From the human T2T-CHM13v2.0 reference genome, Homo sapiens, in the NCBI RefSeq assembly GCF_009914755.1, contig NC_060947.1: 64,000 nucleotides of DNA. The stretch is one strand, 5' to 3'. The notes beneath the pieces were generated by a model, which worked only from the letters and a program-made list of their open reading frames with translations, did not search any database and was not told where the DNA came from. The translations under genes were made by a program, and so were the position numbers. This document shows positions 13,801-26,400 of the stretch, in pieces (the stretch's first letter is position 1; each line of letters begins with the position of its first letter).

Positions 13801-16800
13801 TCTGGTCGACCCCAGGCATTCTAACAGGAGAGACTGCTCTCTGACTCCAGGAATTCTAATAATAGAGACTCCTGGGTGACGCCAGACACTCTGATGATAG
13901 AGACACCTGGGCGACCTCAAGCATTCTAAGGTTAGAGACACCTGGCCAACCCCAGCCATTCTACCTGGAGAGACTCCTGGGTAAACCAAGACAATCTAAT
14001 GATAGAGATTCCTGGCCTACCCCAGCATTGCAATGATAGAGACATCTGTGCGACCTTTGGCATTCTAAGAATAGAGACACGTTGCCAACCCCAAGCATTT
14101 GAATGGGACAGACCTTTGGCCGACACTATGCATTCTAACAAGAGAGACACCTGGATGACCCCAGGAATGATAATGGGAGAGACTCCTGGCTGAACTTAGG
14201 CATTCTTATGATAGAGACGCCTGGGCAACCTTAGGCATTCTAAAGATAGAGATATCTGCTGAAGCCAGGCATTCTAAAGATAGAGACCCTTGGGTAACCT
14301 TAGGCATTCTAAGGATAGAGACTCATGGCCAACATCAAGCATTCGAATGGGAGAGACACATGGTTGACCACAACCATTCTAATCACAGAGACACCTCGAT
14401 GAACCCAGACATTATAATGATAGAGACACCTGGGCAACTTCAGGCATTCTAAAGATAGAAACACCTAGTCTCGCCTAGGCACTCCAAGGGGAGAGACTGC
14501 AGGCCGATTTTCGGCTCTCTAATAGTAGAGGTACTGGCCAACCCCAGGCATTCTAATGATAGAGACACCTGGTTGACCTTAGTCATTCTAACAAGAGAGA
14601 CTCCTAGCCAACCTCAGGCATTCTAATGAAAGAGACTCTTGGCCGTCCTCAGGAATTGTAATGATAGAGACATCTGGGCGACTTCAGGCATTCTAAGAAT
14701 AGAGACACCTGTCTGATCCCAGGCATTTTAACAAGAAAGACTCCTGGCTGACTTTAAGCATTCTAATGATGGAGACTCCAGGCTGACCACAGGCATTCTA
14801 AGGTTAGAGACACCTGTGCAATCTCAGGCGTTGCAAGAATAGAGACACCTGGCCTAACCCAGGCACTCTAATAACAGAGGCCTAAGGCATCTCAGGCATT
14901 TTAAAAATAGAGACACCTGGCCAATCCCAGGCATTCCAACAACAGAGACTTCTGGTCGACTTTGGCATTCTAAAGAGGGAGACTCCTGGCCGACCCAAGG
15001 CATTCTAATGATAAAGTCACCTGGGCGACCTCAGGCATTCAAGGATAGAGATACCTTGCCAACTCCAGGCATTTTAATGGGAGAGACTTTTGGCTGACCC
15101 CAGGCATTCTAACAGCAGAGACTCCTGGCTGACCTTGGCATTCCAATGATAGAGACACCTGGGCATCCTCACTATTCTAAGTGTAGAGACGCCTGGCCAA
15201 CTCCAGGCATTCAAAAAGAGAGACTTTTGGCCAAACCAAGGCTTCTCAGTGATAGAGACTCCTAACCTACTCCAGTCGTTCTAATGATAAAGACATCTGG
15301 GTGACCTCAGGCAACCCCAGGCATTCAAAAAGAGAGGCTTATGGCCAGACCAAGGCTTCTCAGTGATAGAGACTGCTGACCTACTCCAGTCATTCTAATG
15401 ATAAAGACCTCTGGGCAATGTCAGGCATTCTAACAACAAAGATTTTTGGCCAACACCAGGCATTCTACTGGGAGAGTTTCATAGCAAACCTCTGGCTTTC
15501 TAATGATAGAGACACCTGGGTGACATCAGACAGTATAAAGCTAGAGACACCTGGCTGACTCCAGGCATTCTATTGAGAAAGACCCCTGACCAACCTCAGG
15601 CATTGCAATGATAGAGCCACCTGGCTGAAAATAGGGATTTGAGTAATAGACACACCTGTGTGACCTAAGGCATTCTAAAAATACATACACCTGGCCAACC
15701 CCAAGCTTTCTAACAGAAGAGAATTCTTGCCGACCAGAGGCATTCTAATGATAGAGACACCTGTGCCACCTAAGTTATTCTAAAAATAGAGACACCTCTT
15801 CAACCACAGGCATTTTAACAGGAGAGACTCCTGGCCACACAAGCATTCTAATGATAGAGACTCCTGACCTACCTTATTCATTCTAATGATAGAGAAACCG
15901 TGTGACCTCAGGTATTCTAAGGATAGATAGACCTGGCTGACCCCAGGCATACTGACAAGAGAGTATCCTGGCCAACACCAGGCATTCTAATGATACAGAC
16001 TTCTGGCTCATCGTGGGCAATCCAGTGATACTGTTACCTGGGCAACCTCGCCATTTTAAGAATAGAGACACCTGGCCAACCCCAGGTATTCTAAAGAAAG
16101 AGACTCCTGGCCAACCCAAGACATTTGAATGATAGAGACTACTGGCCTAGCCCAGGCATTTTAATGATAGATACATCTGTGCGACCTATGGCATTTTTAA
16201 AAGAAAGACATCTGGCCAACCACAGGCATTCTAACAGCAGAGAATCCTGGCTGACCCCAGGCATTCTAATGACAAAGACTCCTGGTCAAACCCAGTTTTT
16301 CTAATGATACAGATGCTTGAGCAACCTCGTCGTTCTAAGGATAGAAACACCTGGCCAAGCCCAGGCATTCTGATGGGAGGAGACACATTTGGCCAACCCC
16401 AGGCATTCTCATGATAGAGACTCCTGTCTGACCCCAGATGTTCTAATTATAGAAACACCTGAGCAAACTCAGGCATTCTAAGGATAGAGATACTGGGCTG
16501 ACCCCAGGCATTCTACCAATAGAGATTCCTGGATGACCCCAGGCATTCTAATGGGAGAGACTTCTGGCCAACTCTAGGCATTCTAATGATAGAGACTCCT
16601 GGCTGACCCCAGGCCTTCTAATGATAGAGACACTTGGGCGACCTCGCCATTCTAAGAATAGAAGCACCTGGCCAACCTAGGGCATTCTAATGAGAGAGAC
16701 TCCTGGCCTAACTCAGGCTTTCTAATGATAAGGACTCCTGGCCTATCCAAGGCATTCTAATGATAGACAGGTTGGCGAACTCAGGCATTCTAAGAATAAT

Positions 16801-18109
16801 AACACCTGCACGACCCCAGGCATTTTATTGGAAGAGACTCTTGGCTGAACCCAGGCATTCGAATGACACAGACTTCTGGCCTACCCCAGGCACTCTGGGC
16901 CTCTGGGCACTCAGGCACTCTGGCACTCAGGCACTCAGGCACTCTGGGCCAGATAGACACATCTGGGCAACCTCGGGCATTTTAATGATAGAGACTTCTG
17001 GCCAACCCCATGCATTCCAATGATACAGACCCCTGGGCAACCTCACCACTTGGATAAAAACACATGGCTGACTTAAGGCATTCTAACAAGAGAGACACCG
17101 TGCCAACCCCAGACATTCTAACGATAGAGATTCCTGGGGGAACCCAGGCATTCTAATGATAGAGACACCTGTGTGACATCAGCCATTTTAAAAATAGAGG
17201 CACCTGGCCGACCCAAGGCATTCTAATGACAGAGACTCCTGGCCAACCCAGGCATTCCAATAATAGAGACACCTAAGCAACCTCACTATTCTAAGGACAG
17301 AGACACCTGGCTGACTCCAGGCTTTCTAATGGGAGAAACTCCTGATTGACCCAAGGCATTCTAAAGGTAGAGACTCCTGGCTGACCCAAAGAATTCTAAT
17401 GATAGAGACACCTGGGGGACCTCACTATTCTAAGGATAGAGACACCTGGCCAACCCCAGGCATTCTAATGGGAGAGATTCCCGGTCCACCCTAGGATTCC
17501 AAACGATAAAGGCTCCTTGCCTATCCAAATCATTTTAGTGATAGACCTGGGCGACCTCAGGGGTTATAAAGTCACCTAGAAGACCCCAAGCAATGCTACT
17601 GGAAAGACTCTAAGAGGACCCTAGGCATTCTAATAAGAGAAACACATGCTGTCCCTTGGCATTCTAAAGATAAAGACACCCGTGCGTCCTCAGACATTCT
17701 AAGGATAAAGTCATCTGGCTGGCCCAGTTATTCAACAAGAAAGACTTTTGTTTGACTCTAGGCATTCTAACTATAGAGATTATTGTCCTTCCCCAGGCAC
17801 TGAAATAATAGAGACAGTTGTTCACTCTCAGACATTCTATCAAAAGAGACAGCTGGCAGACCACAAGCATTCTAACAGGAGAGAGTCCTGGCCGACCCCA
17901 GCCATTCTAATAGTAGAGACTCCTGGCCTACCACAAGCATTCTACTGATAGAGACACCTGGGGGACCTTAGGCATTCTAAGGATAGAGAAACCTGTCTGA
18001 CCCCAGGCATTCAAGCGGGAGAGACTTCTGACCAACCCCAGGCAGTCTTATAATAGTGGCTCTTGGCCGACCCAGGCATTCTAATGCTAAGGACAACTGG
18101 GCGACCTCA
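4844..18109 (+). repeat. 35-bp tandem satellite (HSAT4-like), segment 2
   Basis: Same unit and orientation as segment 1, about 380 units by length; ends at gcgacctcac near 18110. Confidence 0.9.
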
Positions 18110-20425
18110 CCCAGGCCCATTCCTCACCCTGGCCGCTTTTCTCTGGAAGTGCTTCAACGTCCCCTTACCCCGGGAACATTCTTGATGCTATGGGGTGCCC
18201 CTAGTGGGTGAGACTCGAACCCTGGGTGAAAGCCACGAACCCCACTGGCCCAGTGCAGTGGCTGCTGGGAAGTCACAGTCATCTGTGGGAGGACCCAGGC
18301 CTAGCCCTTGCCCTGGCCACTTTTTTTCTCAAACTCTCTCAACGATAACTTCCGCCGGGGGCATTTTTGATGCTATGGGGTGCCCCTGGTGGGCAAGACA
18401 TGAACCCTCGGTGAAAACCAGGGACTCCAAGATCCCCACGGGCACCAGTGCAGAGGCCGCTGGGAAGTCACGGTCGTCCATGGGAGGACCCAGGCCTAGC
18501 CCTCAACCTGGCCACTTTTTTTCTCAAACTGCCTCAACATCCCCTTCCCCCATGTGCATTGTTGAAGCTATGGGGTGCCCCTAGTGGGTGAGAAACGAAC
18601 CCTTGGCAAAAGCCAGGGACCCCATGATCCCACGGGGCCAGTGCAGGGCAGCTGGGAAGTCACGGTCGTCCATGGTAGCACCCAGGCCTAGCCCTCGCCC
18701 TGGCCGCTTTTTTTCTCCAACTGCCTCAACGTCACCTTACCCTGGGGGCATACTTTCCTCTTTGGGGTGCCCGCCATGGGGGAGACCTGCACCCAGCGTG
18801 CAGACTGGGGTCCCTGCGACCCCCGCGGGCATGGCACAGGGTCTGCTGGGAAGTCACGGGTTTCCTTGGGAAGACCCGGTCCTAGCCCTTGCCCTGGCCG
18901 CTTTTTTTCTCTAACTGCTTCAAAGTCCCCTTCCTCCGGGGGCATTCTTGACACTAAAGGTTGCAACTAGTGGGCGAGACAGGAACACTGGGCTAAAGCC
19001 AGGGACACCACGATCCCCGGGGGCCCAGCGCCAGGGCTGCTGGGAAGTCACAGTTGTCTATGGGAGGACCCAGGACTACCGGTTACCCTGACTGCTTCTT
19101 TTCCCAAACTGCCTTAATGTCCCCTTCCCCTAGTGGCATCCTTGCCGCTTTGGGGTGAACCCTGTGGGAGAGACACGCACCCAGCGTGCAGGCCAGGGTC
19201 CCCGTGACCCCTGAGGGGCCACTAGGAAGTCACAGTCTTCCATGGGAGGACCCAGGCCTAGCCCTCACCCTTGCCGCTTTTTTTCTTGAATTGCCTCAAC
19301 GTCCCCTTCCCCCAGGGGCATTCTTGATGCTATTGGGTGCCCCTAAGGGGAGAGACATGAAACCTCGGTGAAAGCCAGGGACACCATGAACCCTGCAGGC
19401 CTGGCGCAGGGGCTGCAGGGAAGTCTCGGTCCTCCGTCGGAGGACCCAGGCCTAACCATTGCCCCTTTTTTCTCAAACTGCCTCAACTTCCCCTTACCCC
19501 GGGGGCATCCTTGCCACTTTGGGGTGCACCCCGTCGGGGAGACACACACCCAGGGTGCAGGTCTGGGTCCCCATGACATCCACAGGCCCATTGCCAGAGC
19601 TGCTGGGAAGTCATGGTCTTCCCTGGGAGGACCCAGGCCTAGCCCTCAGTCTCGTTGCTATTTTCCCAGAACTGCTTCACTGTCCCCTTCCTCCCGGGGG
19701 CATGCTTAACGCTTTGAGGTTCTCCCTGTGGGACAGGTATGAACCCAGGGTGTAGGCCAGCTTCCCCGCCACACCGGTGGTCCCGTCACAGAGGCTGCTG
19801 GGAAGTCCCAGTTGTCCGTGGGAGGACCCAGGCCTAGCCCTGGACCTCGCCCCTGCCTTTCAGGACCTGCCCCAATGTCTCCTTCCCCCGGGGGACTTCT
19901 TGTCACTTTGTGATATGCCCCATGGGTTAGACACGCACACAGGGTGCAGTCCAGTGTCCTCGCGACCCCCAAGGGCCCAACAGAGGGGATACTGGGAAGT
20001 CACGGTTGTCCGTGGGAGGACCCAGGCCTAGCCCTCTGCCTTGTCGCTGATTTTCACTTACTGCTTGAACTTCCCCTTCCTTCAGGAGTCTTCTTGCTGC
20101 TTTAGGGTGCCTCATGTGAGTGACACATGCACCCAGAGTGCAGGCCAGGGTCCACGCAATCCTCGCAGACCAGCACTGGGACTCCTGGGAAGCGACAGTC
20201 ATCCGTGGGAGGATCCAGGCCTACCCTCGACCTTCTCGCTGTTTCTCCTGAGCTACTTCACCGTCCCTCTCAGCTGGGGGCCTCCTTGCTGCTTTGGGTT
20301 GCCCCCCGTTGGGTGAGACACCCACACAGGTTTCAGGCCAGGGTTCCGGTGACCCCAGAGGGCCCAGCACAGGGGCTGCTGGGAAGTCATGGTCATCTGT
20401 GTGATGACCCAGGCCTAGTCATCTC
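18110..20425 (+). repeat. Gamma satellite, ~195-bp subtype (block A; possibly GSATII)
   Basis: GC-rich unit containing GCTGCTGGGAAGTCACGGTCGTCCGTGGGAGGACCCAGGCCTAGCCCTC; ggacccaggc recurs at ~18291, 18486, 18678 and 18872 (192-195 bp spacing). The Repbase subfamily name is tentative. Confidence 0.8.
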
Positions 20426-23400
20426 ACTGGTTCGTGGGTTCCCTCGCTTTCACCCACGGTTCGTGTCTTGCTCACTAGTGGCACCCCATAGTGTCAAGAA
20501 GCAGTTCTGGAGAAAAGCGGCCTGGGCGAGGACTAGTCCTGGGTTGTCCCACGGACGACCATGACTTCCCAGCAGCCCCTGAGCCAGGCCCACGGGGGTC
20601 TCGGGGACCCCGGCCTCTAGGCTGGGTGAGTGTCTCCCCGACGGGGGGTGCCCCAAAGTGGCAAGGATGCCCCCGGGGAAAGGGGACATTGAGGCAATTC
20701 GAGAAAAAAAGCAGCCATGGCAAGGTAGTCCTGGGTCCTCCCAAGGACGACCATGACTTCCCAGCAGCCCCTGCACTGTGCCTGTGGGGATCGTGGGGAC
20801 CGTGAACTGCCTGCTGGGTGAGTGTCTCCCCCAAAGGGGGCACCCCAAAGCAGCAAGGATGCCCCAGGGGGAAGGGGACATTGAGACAATTTGAGGAAAA
20901 AAGCCGTCACGGCGAGGGCTAGGCCTGGGTCCAACCACAGACTAGCAGCCCCTACGTTGGGCCCACACAGGTTGAGGGGACCATGGCATGCATGCTGTGT
21001 GCATGTCTCCCACCCGGGGGAACCCCAAAGCAGCAAGGGTGCCCCTGGGAGAAGGTGACGTTGAGGCAGTTCGAGAAAAAAAGCGGCCAGGGTGTGCGCT
21101 AGGCCTGAATAGTCACACGGACGAGAATGACTTTCCAGCAGCCATGGTGCCAAGCCCACTGGGTTCATGCCGTTCTTGGCTTTTGCCCATGGTACGTGCT
21201 CACCCAGGCTGGGGCTACCCATAACGTCAAGAATGCCCCGGGGGAAGGGGACGTTGAAGCAGTTCCGGAGAAAAGCGGGCAGGGCGAGGACAAGGCCTGG
21301 GTCGTCCCATGGACGACCGCGACTTCCCTGCAGCCACTGCACCAGGCCCGTGGGGTTTGTGGGGTCTTGGCTTTCACCCAGAGTTTGTGTCTCACCCACT
21401 AGGGACATCCCATAGTGTCAAGAATGCCCCCAGGGGAAGGGGACGTTGAAGCAGCTCGGGAAAAAAAGCGGCAAGGCGGAGGGCTAGGCCTGGGTCCTCC
21501 CACGGGTGACCGTGATGTCCCAGAAGCCCCTGAGCCAGGCCCACAGAATTCATGGGATCCCTGTCTTTCACCAAGTGTTTGTGTCTTGCCAAGTGTGGTT
21601 ACCCCAAAGTGTCAAAAAGGTCCCTGGAGGCAGGAGACTTTGAGGCAGTTGGTGAAAAGCAGCGACGAGGCAGAAGGCTAGGCCTGGGTTCTCCCATGGA
21701 TGACCGTGACTTCCCAGCAGCCACTGAGCTGGGCCCGCAGGTTTCGTGCAGACTCTGGCTTTCATCCAGGGTGCGTATCTCAACCACAGGGGCCACCCAA
21801 AGCAGCAAGGTAGCCCCCAGAGGAAGGGGACGTTGATGCATCTAGGGGAAAAAAGGAGCGAGGCTGAGAGCTAGGCTTGTGTTCTCCCACAGGTGACTGT
21901 GACTTCCCTACAGCACCTGTGTTGGGCCCACTGGATTAGTGGGGTAAATGGCTTTCACCCAGGTTGCGTGTCTGACCCATGGGGGAAACCCCATAGTGTC
22001 AAGAATACCCCAGGGGAAGGGGATGTTGAAGCTGTTGAAGGAAAAATGCCTCCAGAGCGAGGACTAGGCCTGGTTCCTCCAGTGGATGACTGTGACTTCC
22101 CAGTAGCCTTTGCACAGGGCTCGCAGGGGTCGTGGGGATCCTGGCCTGCAACCCGGGTGCGTGTCTTGCCCATGGGGGGCACCCCAACAAGGCACAGCAG
22201 CCGTTGTGCCAGGCCCACGGGGTTCATGTTGTCCCTGGCTTTTATGCAGGGTGGATGTCTCGTGGATGGAGTGCACCCCAAATCAGCAAGGAGGCCCCGG
22301 GAGGAAGGGGATGGTGAAGCATCTTGTGAAATCACCGACGAGGCCGAGGGCTAGGCCTCGGTCCTCCCACAGATGACCGTGACTTCCCAGCAGTCCCTGC
22401 GCCGGGCCCGCTGGGTTCATGGGGTTCCTGGCTTTATGCAGGGTTCATGTCTCCCTGACTGGGGCCACTCCAAGGCAGCAAGGAAGCCTCTGGTGAAAAG
22501 GGACGTTGAAGCAGCTCAAGAACAAAAGGGGTGAAACCGAGGGCTTGTTCTGGGTCTTCTCATGGATGATGGTGATGTCCCAGCATCACCTGCACCTGGC
22601 CTTCGGGTTTCATGCGGCCCCTGGCTTTCACCCAGGGTTTGTGTCTCACCCACGGGGTCACCTCAAAGTCTCTAGAAGGCCCCCGGAGGAAGGAGACATT
22701 GATACACTTTGTGAAAAGCAGTGAGGATACCCAGGGCTTGGCCTGGGTTCTCTGACAACTGTGACTTCCCAGAAGTCCCTGCGCTGAGCCCGCGGGTGTC
22801 GCAGGCACCCTGTCCTGCACCCTGGGTATGTGTCTTGCCCATGGGGGTGCACCCCAAAGCAGCAAGAAGGCCCCCAGAGGAAGGGGACTTTGAGACAGTT
22901 CTTGAAAAGCAGCAATGAGGCCGAGGGCTAGGCCTGGGTCCTCCCACGGACGACTGTGACTACCCAGCAGCCCCTGCGCAGGGCTGGCAGGGGTATTGGC
23001 GTCCCTGGCTTTTATGCAAGTTTCATGTCACACCCACGAGAGGCACCTTCAAATGGCAAGGAGGCCCCTGGAGGAAAGCAACAGTGATGTAGCTCGTGAA
23101 AAGCAGAGACGGGGCAGAGGGGTAGGCCTGGGTTCTCCCTCGGACCGTGACTTCCCAGCAGTCCCTGAGCCAGGCCTGCTGAGTTTGTAGGGTACCTGGC
23201 TTTTATGCAGGGTGCATGTCTCACTGAAGGGGGGTACCACTAAGTGGCAAGGAAGTCCCCGGTAGAAGGAGACGTTGAAGCAGCTCGGAAAGGAAAGTGG
23301 CAATGCCCAGGGCTAGGCCTGGATCCTCTCACGGATGCCCGTGACGTCCCAGTAGCCCCTGCGCCAGGCCTGCGGCATTACTGTGGTCCCTGCCTTTCAC

Positions 23401-26400
23401 CCAGTATTCATGTCTCACTCACGGGGTCACCCCAAAATGTCATGAAAGCCCCCGGAGGAAGGAGACATTGAGGCAGTTCGTGAAAAGCAGCAACGAGGCT
23501 GAGGGTAGTCCTGGGTTCTTCCACGGACTACCGAGACTTCCCAGAAGCCTCTGCACCAGGCCCGTGGGTGTCGCGGGCATCCTGTCTTGCAAACTGGGTG
23601 CACGTCACACCCACGTGGCCCACCCAAAAGCGACTAGAATGCCCCGGGAGGAAGGGGACATTGAGGCAGTTCTTGAAAAGCAGCGACGAGTCCAAGGGCT
23701 CTGCCTGGGTCGTCCCACAGACAACCACGGCTTCCCAGCAACTTCTGCGCTGGCCCGTTGTGTTTAGAGGGTCCCTGACCCTTACACAGCATTCATGTCT
23801 CACACACCGGGGTGGGCACGCCAAAGCAGCAAGGAACCCCCTCAGGAAGAAGGGGACCTTGAAGGGGCTCGGGAGAGAAAGCAGTGAGGCTGAGGGCTAG
23901 GTCTGGGTCCTCCCACCAACGGCCGTGACTTCCCAGGAGCCCCTGTGCTGGGCTCGAAGGATTCTTGCAGTCCCTGGATTTCACCCAGTGTGCGTGTCTC
24001 ACCCACTGGGGGCACCCCACAGTGGCAAGAAAGCCCCAGGAGGGAAGGGGACATTGAATCAGCTCAGCAAAAAAAGCAGCAAAACCCAGGGCTAGGCCTG
24101 GGTTCTCCCGTGGATGACCGTGACATCACAGCAGCCCCAGTGCTGGGCCCTTGCATGTCTTAGGTTCCCTGGCTTTTACGCAGGGTTCATGTCACACCCA
24201 CGTGGGGCATCCCAAAGTGGCAAGGAGGCCCCCGGAGGAAAGGGACATTGTAGTAGCTCATGAAAAGCAGAGGAGAGGCCAAGGGCTAGGCCTGTGTCCT
24301 CCCACGGATGACTGTGACTTCCCAGCAGCCCCTGTGTCAGGGCCACAGGGTTTGTAGGGGTCCCTGGCTTTCACCCAGGTTTCGTGTCTCACCCACAGGG
24401 TCACCCCAAAGCAGCAAAGAAGCCCCCAGAGGAAGGGGATGTTGAAGAAGCTCGTGAAAAGCAGGAATGAGGAAGAGGGCTAGGCCTGGGTCCTCCCACG
24501 GACGACCATGACTTTTCAGCAGCCCTTGCGCCATTTCCTCTGGGTTCGTGGGGTCCCTGGCTTTTATGCAGTGTTCTTGTTCATGCCCATGGTGGGCACG
24601 CCAAAGCGGCAAGGAAGCCCCCGTTGGAAGGGGAAGTTGAAGCGGCTCCGGAAAAACAGCGGCAAGGCCCAGGGCTAGGCCTGGATCCTCCCACGGACCG
24701 CTGTGACATCCCACCAGCACACGTGCTGGGCCTGCGGGGTTTGTGGGGTCCCTAACTTTCACCCAGAGTTTGTGTGTCACCCACGGGGGTCACCCCAACG
24801 TGTCAAGAAGGACCCCAGTGGAAGGAGACGTTGAGGCAGTTAGTGGAAAGCAGTGACGACTCTGAGGGCTAGGCCTGGGTTCTCGCAAGGATGACCATGA
24901 ATTGCAAGCAGCCCCTGCGCCCTGGCTTGCACACTGGGTGCATGTCTCGCCCACGAGGGGCACCCCTAAGCCGTAAGAAGACCCCTGGAGGAAGGGGACT
25001 TTGAGGCAGTTCCTGAAAAGCGGTGGCGAGGCCCAGGGCTTGGCCTCGGTCATCCCACAGATGACCATGACTTCCCAGCAGCACCTGCACCAGGCCCTTG
25101 GGGGTCTTGGGGTTTCTGGCTTTTACACAGGGTTTGTATCATGCCCACGGAAGGCACCCTAAAGTGCCAAGGCATCCCCTGGAGGGAGGGGACGGTGAAG
25201 CAGCTCATGAAAAGCAGCAATGAGGGTGAGGGCTAGGCCTGGGTCCTCCCACGGACGACCATGACTTCCCAGCAGCCCCTGCGCCAGGCCTGGGGGGTTC
25301 GTGGGGTCCCTGGCTTTTATGCAGGGTTTGTGTCTCACCCATGGGGTTACCTCAAAGCGGCAAGGAAGCCCCAGGGGGAAGGGGGTGTTGAAGCAACTGG
25401 GGAAAAAAGCAGCAAGGCTGAAGGCTAGGCTTGGGTCCTCCCACAGAGGACTGTGACTTCCCAGCAGTCCCTGCACTTGGTCCGCAAAGTTTGTGGGGTC
25501 CGTGGCTCTCACCGAGGGTTTGTGTCTCGCCCACTGGGGTCACCCCAAAGTATCAAGAAACCCCCGGAGGAAGAAGACGTTGAGGCAGTTTGTGAAAAAC
25601 AGTGACGAGGACGCAGGATAGGCCTGGGTTCTCCTATGGACCACTGTGACTTCCCCACAGCCCCTGTGCTGGGCCTGCAGGGACCTAAGAGACCCTGGCC
25701 TGCACCCAGGGTATGTGTCTCGGCCACAGGGGACACCTCATAGCATCAAGAATGCCCCCGGGGGAAGGAGATGTTGAGGCAGTTTGAGAAAAAAAGCGAC
25801 CAGTGCAAGGACTAGGCCTGGGTCCTCCCACGGATGACCGTACCTTCCCAGCAGCCTCTGAGCCGTGCCCGTGGGGGTTGTGGGAACCTGGCCTGCACCC
25901 TGGGTGCATGTCTCACCCACGGGGGGCACCCCAAAGAGGTAAGAAGGCCACCAAAAAATGGGGACATTGAGGAAGTTCATGAAAAGTAGCGACGAGGCCG
26001 AGGGCTAGGCCTGGGTCCTCCCACGGATGAACGGGCCTTCCCAGCAGCCCCTGCGCCAGGCCCGCAGAGTTTGTGGGGTCCCTGACATTCATCCAGGGTG
26101 CTAGTCTCGCCCACGGGGGGCACGCCAAAGTAGCAAGAAGGCCCCTGGAGGTAGGGGACTTTGAGGCAATTCGTGAAAAGCACTGGTAAGGCCAAAGTCT
26201 AGGCCTGGTTCCTCCCACGGAAAACAGTGATTTCCCATCAGCCCCAGCACCAGGCCTGCGGGGTTCGTGGGGTCACTGGCTTTCACCCAGGGTGTGTGTC
26301 TCGCCCATGGGGGGCACCCCAAAGTGGCAAGGAGGCCTCTGGCAGATGGAGAAATTGAAGCAGCTGGTGAAAAGCAGGGGCAGTGGGGCTCGTGCGGTCA

